A stretch of DNA of 64,000 nucleotides. It comes from a virus (lineage: Duplodnaviria; Caudoviricetes). The translations under genes and the position numbers were made by a program. The notes beneath the pieces were generated by a model that was not told where the DNA came from, made no database searches, and worked only from the letters and a program-made list of their open reading frames with translations. Shown one piece after another: positions 29,312-39,418 of the stretch. Numbering within the stretch: the stretch's first letter is position 1; each line of letters opens with the position of its first letter. Location of the stretch: positions 96,001-160,000 of IMG/VR virus record IMGVR_UViG_3300015606_001334; one strand, given 5' to 3'.

Positions 29312-30290
29312 TTAGTAGTACCGAAAAATTAGGACGTTGTTGTAATTCTGACCAAATTGATTTTGCAAAATTCCAATTTGTGTTAGGACCAAGATGTATT
29401 CCGTCTCTTGAGATGTTGTACGGATATTTATACTCAAAGTTTTGTGCGTCAAAGCTAAAACAAATCTCAGGTGTCAGTCTAGCTTTAGTATGCGGCTTGC
29501 TTTCATCTTGAACAAACGGAGCAACGATATAATGCTCAAGCAATTCTGGGGGAAAGTAATTCTTGAACAGCGAATATTGCGGAATCGTAATTCCTGGAAC
29601 TATCTCATTGATTCGAGACGAACACCATGTAGAGAGAACAAATGGAATACCTTTGGTATCAAGAAATGATTTGAAGAACAGTAAATTGCGAATAGCCTCC
29701 TCGAACCGTTGCAGCTGTGTTATCACGTTCTGATAGTTATGAAACAGGGATTGCTCTGTAAAATTCTTAAACTGCGCATTAGCTGGAGCAAAGTCTAGCC
29801 AACCAAGATCTGTCTTATTGACATACACCAACTCGTTTCTATTTATTGGTGGGATCAAGAAAAATACGAAATCAGGTCTGAATTTCTTATGCTCAATTGT
29901 GATGTAAGTAAACCGTATGCAAGCATCAATACTCGACCCAGCTTTACCGATGTTGAACATCTTTACACCATCGCCAATTTCATTCGAGATAAATGAGTTC
30001 AAATGATGTGACCAAGTATGCTCAACAGGAAGACCAATTCCTTCGGTGACTGAACATCCAGTGTAAAGAATCTTGAAATTTTCTGAGTTGTCAAATTCAG
30101 CAGATCTAAAACCAAATGAATTGAATTGGTATCCAAATTCTATGTCGGAATATGTTCGTATTCCTCTATCTTTTGACACCTCTTTGTATCGATCCGGGTT
30201 ATCAAGCTTATTCCAAATTGAGAATTTCCCAGCTCGCTCTGCAAGATCTGGGCGACAGTAATCTGTCCAAAGAGAATCAAGAGGAATCAT
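29283..30290 (-). CDS. SGNH/GDSL-like hydrolase-fold protein
   Basis: FNSFGFRS, GCSVTEGIG, NIGKAGSS, RDGIHLG. Confidence 0.7.
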   Translation of the reverse strand: MIPLDSLWTDYCRPDLAERAGKFSIWNKLDNPDRYKEVSKDRGIRTYSDIEFGYQFNSFGFRSAEFDNSENFKILYTGCSVTEGIGLPVEHTWSHHLNSFISNEIGDGVKMFNIGKAGSSIDACIRFTYITIEHKKFRPDFVFFLIPPINRNELVYVNKTDLGWLDFAPANAQFKNFTEQSLFHNYQNVITQLQRFEEAIRNLLFFKSFLDTKGIPFVLSTWCSSRINEIVPGITIPQYSLFKNYFPPELLEHYIVAPFVQDESKPHTKARLTPEICFSFDAQNFEYKYPYNISRDGIHLGPNTNWNFAKSIWSELQQRPNFSVLLNEKSRIYRS

Positions 30291-30552
30291 TATTCGGTTA
30301 TCCTTTCGATGTACGTGTCATAGTCACGTCTAAATGTTCCAGAGGTTTTTGCAATGCTAATGCACATCCTATTGCCAAAGTTTGGGGTAAACTCTTTGTT
30401 TGTCGCAATCTTGCCATCCGCTTCCACATAACCGTGATATCGCTCGTACTTCGCCGGAATTTCAAGGTGTTCTTGACATTCCTTGTTACCAAGGAAAAAT
30501 GGAATAGCCTTATACATTCTGGTAAAAAGGCAATTTTGATCTGCGATTCCAT
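30290..30552 (-). pseudogene. C-terminal remnant of a third ATP-grasp paralog
   Basis: TRMYKAIPFFLG..ERY.GYVEADG..KTSGTFRRDYDTYIE aligns with TRVYKLVPFMVG..ERYRSYAELNG..KTSGAIRDDYEVYVE. Confidence 0.65.
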
Positions 30553-32210
30553 TATAAACTAACGATAGGTATGATTTTCTTTTCAACCATGATGGGGAAA
30601 TTGTCCCAGAATTCTTGGTGATGCACCTGAATTTGTTCAGGTGAAATAGCCAAGAGTTTCTGTTTGTACTCATTTACGAGAGTCAAACATTTAGCCTGAA
30701 TGTCATGGTTCATTGGGGTGTGGGTAAATGAACGATCACGATATGTGCGAACGTAATCTTCTAGCCTTATCCCAAAGTTGTGGTACATTGGGAAATAGAA
30801 AGGGTGTGCTTGATGGAATAGTGGATTGACGCCATGGTAAAGGCCTCTCACTAGTACTTCAAACTCGGCGCGTGTACCCCAAGGACTTGTCCAATTTGGC
30901 GCTGCAGAGAAGTTTGCTGCTTGCTCTTGATCAAGAACGTATTCAGCGAATGGGTAATTTCTACTAGCAGTCAAAGAACCTTTGTCTTCGCGATAAACTG
31001 CCAAAGGAGAAATCGAAACTCGGTCAATGAGATACTGACCTTCAGGAGTTCGCATCATCCAGTCAATTGACTCGGTAAATTCTTCCTTTGTTTCGGTTGG
31101 TAGACCTGCGATCATCGATACTTTGATAATTGCTTGATCTTTGAATACTGAACGAACCAATTTCAGCGATTTGACAATCTTTTCTCTGTCAGTCACTTTA
31201 CCTATAAGTGGGCCAACTGAAGTTTTCATTGACTCAATACCGAAATAAATCCCTCGACATCCAGAATCAATAAGCTTTTGCGCATTCTCTTCAGTTTTGA
31301 TGACGTCCAAACGAGCATAACTTACCCATTCAATAGGGATGCCAGTCTCTCTTTTGATTTGGATTAGCCAATCGACTTTGTTTGGGTCGTCATTGACCAT
31401 GTCATCAAGAAACATGTACATTGACGTGCCAAACTTTTCATAGTTGTACACGAGTTCCTTGCGAAGGCTGTCAAAGCTTCTTGAGAACTCTCTTACCTTT
31501 TTACCAAGAACTCGACCGTGTCCACAAAATTCGCAATTGAAGATGCATCCATGTGCTAATTCGACTGAAAGAGATTCGCCTTGATTGATACAGTCAATTA
31601 CTGGGGCAGGAGCACTTGCGTTCTCTGAGAAGTCTGCTACAGGAAGAAGTCCACCATCAATCAGTTTGAACCCATTCAGCTCTTTGTATGGCGGGACTTG
31701 ACCATTGAGCAGCATATTGATTGCTACTTCTCCTTGCTCTTGCACAAGGTAGTCAATAAATGGGCGAAACTTGTCAAATCTCCATCTTGCGATATCCATA
31801 GGTCGCTCAAAACGGAGTTCAGTTATATGAGCACCACCAAACACCACCATGATGTCAGGTGAAATTGATTTAGCAGTCTCAATAATGAATTGAATGCGAT
31901 CAGCTTCAGATTCAGAGAATGGTGCCAGTGAATCCTCAGGCTTGCTCTTAATCTTAACTGGAGAAATGAAAGTTGTAGACACACCAATCATCTTGGTGGT
32001 TTGATCAACGTGCTTATAGATTAGCTCGCGTAACTCATCAATAGTGAAAGAACTAAAATGATGAACTTGAAGAACTGTGTGACCTTTGCGGCGTAGGAAA
32101 TGGCCAAGTCGTAGAACTGCTGAGCTTTTAATGAAATTTCGATGTGCTTGTGGATTTGCAAGATAATGCGAACCAGAACACTCACCGAAAAGGACGACTT
32201 TGACTGCCAT
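30552..32210 (-). CDS. B12-binding domain radical SAM enzyme
   Basis: N-terminal cobalamin-binding-like domain (GVSTTF, VFGGAH, QGE), GCIFNCEFC, FLDD, FGIES, IAGLPTET. Confidence 0.88.
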   Translation of the reverse strand: MAVKVVLFGECSGSHYLANPQAHRNFIKSSAVLRLGHFLRRKGHTVLQVHHFSSFTIDELRELIYKHVDQTTKMIGVSTTFISPVKIKSKPEDSLAPFSESEADRIQFIIETAKSISPDIMVVFGGAHITELRFERPMDIARWRFDKFRPFIDYLVQEQGEVAINMLLNGQVPPYKELNGFKLIDGGLLPVADFSENASAPAPVIDCINQGESLSVELAHGCIFNCEFCGHGRVLGKKVREFSRSFDSLRKELVYNYEKFGTSMYMFLDDMVNDDPNKVDWLIQIKRETGIPIEWVSYARLDVIKTEENAQKLIDSGCRGIYFGIESMKTSVGPLIGKVTDREKIVKSLKLVRSVFKDQAIIKVSMIAGLPTETKEEFTESIDWMMRTPEGQYLIDRVSISPLAVYREDKGSLTASRNYPFAEYVLDQEQAANFSAAPNWTSPWGTRAEFEVLVRGLYHGVNPLFHQAHPFYFPMYHNFGIRLEDYVRTYRDRSFTHTPMNHDIQAKCLTLVNEYKQKLLAISPEQIQVHHQEFWDNFPIMVEKKIIPIVSL

Positions 32211-32236
32211 GATGTTCCTTGTTGTTTTTATTCTTT

Positions 32237-32312
32237 TGGCCCGCCAGGAGGGAATCGAACCCCCAACCTACTGCTTAGAAGGCAGTTGCTCTATCCGTTG
32301 AGCTACTGGCAG
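32237..32312 (-). tRNA. tRNA-Arg(TCT)
   Basis: cloverleaf, ACTGC CTTCTAA GCAGT, CCA. Confidence 0.92.
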
Positions 32313-32320
32313 AAAAAGTT

Positions 32321-32581
32321 CTAACAAAAAGTGGTTATTGGGTTTCAGAATAGTCGTAACTATCCCTAAGACAGTTTATCCAACTGACAAGCATCTGATT
32401 ATTCTTTCAGCAAATATCCGATTTTCTCTTACCGGCAAAATGTTAGGATTCTTCCCAACGCATATCAAGTTTAATTCAAGGAGGATTTTAGTCCTTGTTC
32501 CCTATGTTGCTACAAAACTTGCAAATCTATCAACTCCAAAGGACGGGTATCATATTTAGGTAACCAATTCCCAACGGTTAG
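32321..32581 (-). ncRNA. GGTTATC-module RNA, long form (paralog of 48505..48764)
   Basis: CTAACCG..AATTGGTTAC / CCAAT..TTTTTGTTAG closing helix; shared internal motifs. Confidence 0.65.
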
Positions 32582-32670
32582 AACATTAACTTTTAACCTA
32601 ATCACTAGTGACATTTCTACAATAGCAGAATAATTTCTGCATATAAAAACTAATAGGTACTAATAGGTTT

Positions 32671-32744
32671 TGGAGCGGGATAGGAGAATCGAACTCCTTT
32701 AGCCAGCTTGGAAGGCTGGAACTCAACCAATGAGCCAATCCCGC
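32671..32744 (-). tRNA. tRNA-Gly(TCC)
   Basis: CCAGC CTTCCAA GCTGG, U73, CCA. Confidence 0.9.
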
Positions 32745-32748
32745 AAAT

Positions 32749-32873
32749 GATAAACGAAAGTAGTAATCGAAAGATAGCGCCTTTCAGCGAACTATTTGAT
32801 GGGCTTGAACCATCTAACACGTGGATTATTAGTCCTCTTGTATTAACCGATAATCAATTACTTGCGGTTTATC
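32749..32873 (-). ncRNA. GGTTATC-module permuted tRNA mimic (AAT anticodon-like loop, T arm)
   Basis: GATAAACCG..AATTGATTATC; GGA CTAATAA TCC; GATGG TTCAAGC CCATC. Confidence 0.7.
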
Positions 32874-32875
32874 TT

Positions 32876-32951
32876 TGGTGGGTGTACGTGGATTTGAACC
32901 ACGGACCATCGCCTTATCAAGACGGTGCTCTACCAACTGAGCTATACACCC
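32876..32951 (-). tRNA. tRNA-Ile(GAT)
   Basis: loop TTGATAA, CCA. Confidence 0.92.
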
Positions 32952-32960
32952 ATTAAGCAT

Positions 32961-33082
32961 CAACAAAATTTGCAGACCGAGAGAAGTAATTTCGGCATCC
33001 GTGAGGATTTAGGCTACTACAACCTTACCGTTTTTGTTTTCACCAAATTGAAGTAGATAGATAACAGTCCACAGGTCGGTTG
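32961..33082 (-). ncRNA. divergent GGTTATC-module RNA
   Basis: CAACCG..GGACTGTTATC / CGGTCT..TTTTGTTG. Confidence 0.5.
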
Positions 33083-33087
33083 GTACT

Positions 33088-33163
33088 TGGTGGAGCTAGT
33101 CGGACTCGAACCGACCACCTACAGCTTGCAAAGCTGCCGCTCTCCCAGATGAGCTATAGCCCC
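33088..33163 (-). tRNA. tRNA-Ala(TGC)
   Basis: G3.U70, loop TTTGCAA, CCA. Confidence 0.93.
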
Positions 33164-33229
33164 AAGTAAAATACTGCATATAGACTATATATTGTTTCCT
33201 GCAGTATTTTTGTATTCTATCAAGAAAAA

Positions 33230-33523
33230 TTATTGTTGTAAACTGTTTTGCGCAACTTTATTTTCAGAGTTTTTACCAATATGGAATCCATCACAATGCA
33301 CACACTTGTAATTGCTGAAATAGACTCCACGCTTCTTCGCCATAGCTTGAGCTGCTTTGGTTGCAGAAGCTTTTGAGCTGTAAGAAATCTTTGGTTTGCC
33401 GTCTGCATTTTCGTGCGACCGCTTACTGAACAAACCAATCAAATGACCCTTTCGAAGGTTACGAATAAACCTTGAAAGAGGCAACTGATCTTTCAGTGCT
33501 AGATAAATGTTTCGGAGTTTCAC
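33230..33523 (-). CDS. basic hypothetical protein
   Basis: YKCVHCDGFHIG motif. Confidence 0.65.
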   Translation of the reverse strand: MKLRNIYLALKDQLPLSRFIRNLRKGHLIGLFSKRSHENADGKPKISYSSKASATKAAQAMAKKRGVYFSNYKCVHCDGFHIGKNSENKVAQNSLQQ

Positions 33524-33764
33524 TTGAGTATTTCGCGTAATTGATTTTGACGATCTGCTTTGTCGAGAAGGTCAGTTAGATCCAAGTCGGCTGGAGGAAC
33601 CCTGTCAGAGAGCTTATTGCGGTACAACAGCTCATTGACCTTCTCCTCCACCCTATAATATCGAGTCAAAATCCAATCAGCGATCGATTGAAAGTTCATG
33701 ATATGCAGCCTTGCGAGTAACATGGTTTTCTCCTTAAGTGCATTATATCATAAATCCCGAAAAA

Positions 33765-34301
33765 TTACATGACTGGATCAACAGCCTTAACTTCTGGTTC
33801 AACTTTTGCTTGGGATACAGCTTGAGCGCCCTTAGTTCTGAGAAGAGAAACAAGAGAGCTTAGATCACGAGCAATACGGTCCAACTCAATTTGAAGCTTT
33901 TGCTTGTCTTCTGCGTTGATTAGCTCAGCCCAAAAGTTGATGCGTTCTTCTTGATCATGGGACTGTTTAACAATCTTTTCGATTGCAGTAGCATGGTCAA
34001 AGTCAGAAGTAACTAGAATCGAAAAGACAACGTCTCTTAGATTTTGCTGAAGAGTATTCGAAGAAATTTGCTTGTTGATGACGCGCTCGATCTTTTCAAG
34101 AGCTGCGCAGAACTTAGCAACATGTTCGCTAGACCAAAGTTCACCAACAGTTTCTGCTGGAGTTTTGCCGTTAGCGTAGGTGGTACGAAGGTTACGAATC
34201 ATTTCAGCCGCAGATTCGAATAGAAGATCAGAAGCTTGTGGGCTTGAGGACTCTAGAACCTGTTGGAATGAAAGAACCTGTTTGATGTCATTGATTTTCA
34301 T
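33765..34301 (-). CDS. putative late/internal protein
   Basis: MKINDIKQVLSFQQVLESS leader; TAAATA upstream. Confidence 0.6.
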   Translation of the reverse strand: MKINDIKQVLSFQQVLESSSPQASDLLFESAAEMIRNLRTTYANGKTPAETVGELWSSEHVAKFCAALEKIERVINKQISSNTLQQNLRDVVFSILVTSDFDHATAIEKIVKQSHDQEERINFWAELINAEDKQKLQIELDRIARDLSSLVSLLRTKGAQAVSQAKVEPEVKAVDPVM

Positions 34302-34359
34302 AATAGAAATAGGGAGTAGTTGTCTACTCCCTATTTATTACTTCTTGATCTGAAAGCGA

Positions 34360-34770
34360 TTAAGCGAAGGACTTACGGGCCAGATCAACCGAGAAGGTCT
34401 TGAATTCGCCGGTGGCAGTTTCACGAACAATGATCGGCAAACGAGCATTTGCGCTACGGGCGCCGACGATCGTATATGCGCGACCTTGATGGGTCAGCTT
34501 ACGGCCAAGGTCTTCACGAGAAAGACCAAAGGAGAAGTAGTTTCGCATGAAGTTGGAAACCCACTTTGGATCGACGTCAGAACCGGCAGCCGAAGTATCT
34601 TCATTGAGGACCATCGACGTCATTTTGGCAGAGAACTCATTTTCAGAGTAGGTAATCTTGCCAACGCCGATCTTGATGCCGAACTTCTTTTCGACTTCAG
34701 CCAATGCCGCGGTCATTTCAGCACGGATCTGGTTGAGGTTGGAAGGATTGAAAGCGGCGATCTTGGTCAT
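34360..34770 (-). CDS. hypothetical early protein
   Basis: GAGGAG RBS, early promoter at 34805-34834. Confidence 0.7.
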   Translation of the reverse strand: MTKIAAFNPSNLNQIRAEMTAALAEVEKKFGIKIGVGKITYSENEFSAKMTSMVLNEDTSAAGSDVDPKWVSNFMRNYFSFGLSREDLGRKLTHQGRAYTIVGARSANARLPIIVRETATGEFKTFSVDLARKSFA

Positions 34771-35216
34771 CTTTGAAACTCCTCATCAGTTAATCGATAA
34801 GTTGTATTCTACACTCAAACCCGAAAAAGTAAACAACTTTTTATTCGTCGCTGTCTCTAAAGCGGAAGCCACAAGCCTCTAGATCTAGATCGGCAGGGAA
34901 GGTGTAATAATCTGGACCACCGTCATTTGCCCAATATGATTCTGGATCTTCTTCAATTAGATCTTCTGCCTTCTTGGTATCACGATACCAGTCAATACAG
35001 GAGGAACCATCACCCAAATCTCGAATTATGCTGCAGATTACTTGTTGTTCCGACATTTTGCTTCCTTTAGAAGTTCGTCTAAAATCTCTTGGTCGATTGC
35101 GTCAGAAAGGCGTCTAGCCGCAAGATCATAGCTTTTGTCCATGATTTGCTGCATAGGCGCCTTTTCTTTTATGAGTCCGTCTAGTTCTTGTTGTAATTGT
35201 GCGACGGACGTCATGA

Positions 35217-35501
35217 TTAGCGGCTTGCTACTGCGAGACGCTTGGAGTCGTAAGTGACTTCGCCGACACAACCAACTTTACGCATTGCTGCTGCCATCTT
35301 TTGACGGATGTCGTATTCTTGACCGCCCCAAACTGGGCCATACGTAGCAACGATTTCAGCGCCATCAGAATAGATGTTTGCAGAAATCAGTTTGATACCA
35401 GAACGCTTGGCAAAATCGAGAACAACTTCTTTAGCCTTGGCGCCACGAGTTTTGGATAGGTTGATTTTGGACGTAACAACGCCCTGAGTCTTTTGTTGCA
35501 T
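35217..35501 (-). CDS. hypothetical protein
   Basis: 94-aa ORF. Confidence 0.6.
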   Translation of the reverse strand: MQQKTQGVVTSKINLSKTRGAKAKEVVLDFAKRSGIKLISANIYSDGAEIVATYGPVWGGQEYDIRQKMAAAMRKVGCVGEVTYDSKRLAVASR

Positions 35502-36156
35502 TTCAGGATTCCTTATCTAAGGAGTGGTTAAAAAACTTTTGATTGTACGGGGCCTTGCGCTCACAATGAACGCTTGTGATGATAGACAGAATTGCCAGTA
35601 GAACTGCAGCAAATCCGCTAATTGTATCTGACTGGTACAGTCCCGAAATTAGGGACATTGTAAGGCAATCAAAAAGATTTAGACGACGGCCGAAAAGAAA
35701 ATTCATTGATTAGATGGAGGGATTTCTCCCTCCACATCCTTACTCTTCGGACTTCTTCGGCTTACGGGCATTGCGCCAGTAGTTGGAAGAGGAGGCGCTC
35801 CACCAAGAATGCTTCTTGGTCTTGTTTTGGCGAGCACCAACGTTGAACGGCTGGGCTGCTGGGTTGGAAGGATGATTTTGGTACTGAAGCTTCTGAGACA
35901 TTTAGTCTTCTCCTTGTTGAAATTTATTGAATCTTGTTAGTCGCCGCCGAAATCGCCAAAAGAATCAGCCAAACCGGCAGCACCTTCGCCAGATGCGAAT
36001 CGAAAAATTAGCCCGATTACCGCGCCAATAATCGATCCGATAATGCAATGCTGGTCAAAAGCAAATTCGCCTACCAAACCGCCAATCGAACCGAAAATCA
36101 GAACTAAAACAAAAGTAATCATCACTTTCTCCAAAAGATGAGAAATTATAAACTAC

Positions 36157-36453
36157 TCATTTCTTATTGTAAACTGGTTTTTCAATCAGGGCATTAAAAT
36201 ATTCATTGATGAAATTACTAATAACTGCTTGCAACGCCCTCATAGAACGAGCAAAAGTTAAACTGACTGCGATAATTTGGTATGGGGTCTCAATGTACTT
36301 ATCTACTAGTTGTCTAATTTGGTCATGAGAAAACTCATCGAGCATCTGAAGAGTATCAACAGAATATCCATGATCAATCAGTAGAGAGGAAATGTATAAG
36401 GGACCAGCTGAAAGACTAAATGTCTCTGCGCTGATTACAACTACTTCTGCCAT
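36157..36453 (-). pseudogene. N-terminal fragment of a B12-binding radical SAM paralog
   Basis: GPLYISSLL..HGYSV..L....FS.DQIRQLVDKYI....IIAVSLTF resembles the N-terminus of 30552..32210; truncated. Confidence 0.6.
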
Positions 36454-36458
36454 TATTC

Positions 36459-37124
36459 TTAAAATTTAATCTTTCTGCCTTCACCCCATCCATCAGGAAG
36501 ACATTCTATCTTTTTTATTTTCTTGGAAATTTTCAATTCTAGATTGTGAATCCATCTTAATCCAAATTGAGAATTATTTTCTCCGGCATTTTTAGACTTT
36601 TGCATTTTCTGTTTGGTCTCTTCACTATGAGTCTTTCCTAAGAATGCGGTATTTCCTTTTCCGCCGAATGGCTTTTCACCATTTTCAGAACGAAGTTTCC
36701 AAGCTTCTGATAAACTATTACTCACTTTCGACTTGTACGTCGGGTCTGAAGACATTTTATCTGAATGCGCTTTTACCCATTGCCAGCATCTCTTGTCTAT
36801 CTCTTCGCGAGACGAATTTACGTGATACCATCCACCTTCTCCTCCTTGACGAAGATTCATGCAGAGCTTGTCGCTAATCAATTCAATAGTAACAAGCTCT
36901 TTCTCTCTCGCTACTAAATCTTCTCTTGAAAAGTAGTGCTCAAGAATTTCCATTTCATGGTTTTCTTTACCATATTTGTTTATCGATTTCCACAAATATG
37001 TTCCACTTCCAAAATAACCGTCATTTAGGTTATCTGTTGAATGCATTCCAATGTAAAACTTACCATTAAGCTTATTGATGATTCGATAAATATAATGGTA
37101 CTTTCTTCTTGACGCTCTTGTCAT
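36459..37124 (-). CDS. GIY-YIG (Seg-like) homing endonuclease
   Basis: YIYRIIN..NGKFYIGMHST..DGYFGSG; NUMOD3-like GKTHSEETKQKM. Confidence 0.9.
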   Translation of the reverse strand: MTRASRRKYHYIYRIINKLNGKFYIGMHSTDNLNDGYFGSGTYLWKSINKYGKENHEMEILEHYFSREDLVAREKELVTIELISDKLCMNLRQGGEGGWYHVNSSREEIDKRCWQWVKAHSDKMSSDPTYKSKVSNSLSEAWKLRSENGEKPFGGKGNTAFLGKTHSEETKQKMQKSKNAGENNSQFGLRWIHNLELKISKKIKKIECLPDGWGEGRKIKF

Positions 37125-37185
37125 TTCAAAATACTCTTAAACTAATAGGAGTATTTATATGAGGAAATGGCACTTTTATTCCGGG

Positions 37186-37259
37186 TCGGAGTAGAGAGAT
37201 TCGAACTCCCGACATCCTGCTCCCAAAGCAGGCGGTCTACCAGGCTGACCTATACTCCG
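37186..37259 (-). tRNA. tRNA-Pro(TGG)
   Basis: CCTGC TTTGGGA GCAGG; 3' end CCCGG instead of CCA. Confidence 0.9.
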
Positions 37260-37447
37260 AAATGAGGGTCCTAACTTATACCACGTCATCTAAATCCCTA
37301 CCCTCGGAAGGAAGTAGCACTTTGGCGCTGTATAAGCCATCAATCACTGGGTAACGAACTTCAGGTCCAGCTGCATTGATGTTGTAAAACTATTTATTGA
37401 ATTATATCAACTTACCAGAAAAAGTAAACTGATGTTGTGAAATTCTT

Positions 37448-37693
37448 TTAGGAATTTGCCCAAGCTCTGAGGTCATCGACTGTCTTGACACCAGACACTC
37501 GCTTTATTTCTTTGCCTGATTCAAGCATTACAAGGGTAGGAACGCCACGAATCTTGTACTCGGCGGAAAGGTCGCCCATTTCATCGACGTCAATTTCTTC
37601 TACAGGAACAGTCAGTTGAGCCTGTTCTAGATTCTTTGCCAGCATCTTACAAGGTTGGCACCACGTTGCGGAGAACTTTAGGATCTTTTTCAT
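37448..37693 (-). CDS. thioredoxin
   Basis: FSATWCQPCK, IRGVPTL. Confidence 0.92.
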   Translation of the reverse strand: MKKILKFSATWCQPCKMLAKNLEQAQLTVPVEEIDVDEMGDLSAEYKIRGVPTLVMLESGKEIKRVSGVKTVDDLRAWANS

Positions 37694-37895
37694 TTTTTAC
37701 CTTTCAAGGATTTTTCGTAGTCTTTGATTGCTTTAGCTACGTCTTTTTCGATTTTCGCCCAATGGAACTCCCATACTTCCTTACCGTCGACCTTGCTTAT
37801 GGTAAAGTGGTTGTTCTTAGCGACGATGCTCTTCTTTGATGCCATAATGTTCTCCGAAATGTTGATTGACGGAAATATTTATGGAAAGAAAACTG

Positions 37896-38270
37896 CTATT
37901 TCGCGACTTTCTTCTTTACACCAAAGATTTTTTCATACGACAGAAGAGCCTCTTGCTTGTACTTCAGTTCGCGCTTTTCTGCGTTCTCTTGACTAGTCTG
38001 GATGGTCTTAGCCGTTTCGACTGTCGACGATAGAAAGTTAGAGATTGCAATGACGCGCTCTTTAGCTTCCCTTCGTTTCTTTAGTAGTTGTCGAAGACTC
38101 TTTGTAACCTTTGACAACTCTGCTGCGTTGAGCTCAAGAAGCTCAATCATGTGATAATGATCATTGATCTGCTTATCGAAAGAACTCATTTGAGAATTCA
38201 AATCAGATTTTTGGGTTTTTATTTTATCGATCAGGTCGAGAGCGGAAGACAGCTCTTTAAGTTCGTTCAT
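37896..38270 (-). CDS. coiled-coil hypothetical protein
   Basis: 124-aa ORF. Confidence 0.65.
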   Translation of the reverse strand: MNELKELSSALDLIDKIKTQKSDLNSQMSSFDKQINDHYHMIELLELNAAELSKVTKSLRQLLKKRREAKERVIAISNFLSSTVETAKTIQTSQENAEKRELKYKQEALLSYEKIFGVKKKVAK

Positions 38271-38304
38271 ACGAAATCAAATTAAATTGTAGATGGCAAC
38301 ATCC

Positions 38305-38577
38305 TTAGATGTCAAATCCTTCTTGTTCACATTCATCTTTGCTGTCAAATGATAAGACAGTAGAGAATGCGGTTCTCCAAATTTTCAACTTGAATCCATT
38401 TCCTGCTGAATTCAAAATTTGGTAAAGGACCTTTGTGCCTTGTTTGTGGAGTGCTTTTTCGTTATTTGCTGATGTCATTTCAACATCATACGGCAACAGA
38501 AGCGTTTTCTGGCTAGAAGACACCATCAAATTATTGTTAGACTGAGGAGTAACAGTGATGAACTCGATTAGCTTCAT
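38305..38577 (-). CDS. hypothetical late protein
   Basis: MKLIEFI leader; coupled to the upstream gene. Confidence 0.55.
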   Translation of the reverse strand: MKLIEFITVTPQSNNNLMVSSSQKTLLLPYDVEMTSANNEKALHKQGTKVLYQILNSAGNGFKLKIWRTAFSTVLSFDSKDECEQEGFDI

Positions 38578-38813
38578 TTGACGTATTTGGCAATTTCTTC
38601 TTGGATTGCAGCCATCTTCTTCGCGATAACTTCTTGCTTATTGCTAAGCTCACGAACCTTCTTCATGAATTCGGATTGAAGCGATTGCATTTCTTTGTAG
38701 ATCTCGTTAGAATCTTTTAGGAGCTTCTGATATTCCTGATCTAGGACAGAGACTACTCTACCTTTTTCTTGGATTGATACGGTTGCTTCTTCTAGGTGTC
38801 TAATGAGTTTCAT
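38574..38813 (-). CDS. putative internal protein (coiled coil)
   Basis: MKLIRHLEEA leader; TATAAATA near 38841-38848. Confidence 0.6.
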   Translation of the reverse strand: MKLIRHLEEATVSIQEKGRVVSVLDQEYQKLLKDSNEIYKEMQSLQSEFMKKVRELSNKQEVIAKKMAAIQEEIAKYVK

Positions 38814-38854
38814 GATGGGTTCTTTCAATTGCTATGGGAATATTTATAGCCAAC

Positions 38855-39418
38855 TTCAGTCGTTCATCAATCCGTCAAACAACTCTTGAGAGTATTTGTG
38901 TAGCTCGTCATAAAGCTCTGGAATGTCAAAGGTGTCGCTTAAAACACTATTCTTAGTGTTCACCAACTTGGGCGAACCGCCTCATTCTCGTCTTCAAGGA
39001 CGTAGAAGTTGGTTTTCGAAGTGTAAGCATTCAGAATCGGGAAATTGACGACATGCGAACGTCTACCACGATCTGTGTGAGGATAAAGCTTACTACCGTT
39101 TTTGAATACTAGTGCAGTCCCTAGCGGCCATTGGATCCCCTTCATTAGCTCCTCGAGGAATGGGAACTTCTCTATGTTTGGAATGAGACTGAATGAAAAC
39201 GGCTGGAACTCATAAGCTTTTTCGACTTGCTTATTTTCGTCAGGAACAATTGGGATACCTTCCTCAACTCGAGTTCTGAAGTAACGATCTACAGCTTCTT
39301 GTAGTTGAGGAGTAGGATGCTCTGACAGCTCAAGAACATGGTCAGCAAATGCTTGAATGTCTGAGTCTGGAATATCAGGAAAAGCCTTGATGTCTAGATG
39401 AAATACTTTTTCGGTCAT
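38855..39418 (-). pseudogene. cupin/2OG-Fe(II) oxygenase-like gene with internal TGA or deletion
   Basis: LYPHTD..R..VVNFP motif; frame stays open about 34 codons past the TGA at 38960. Confidence 0.5.
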
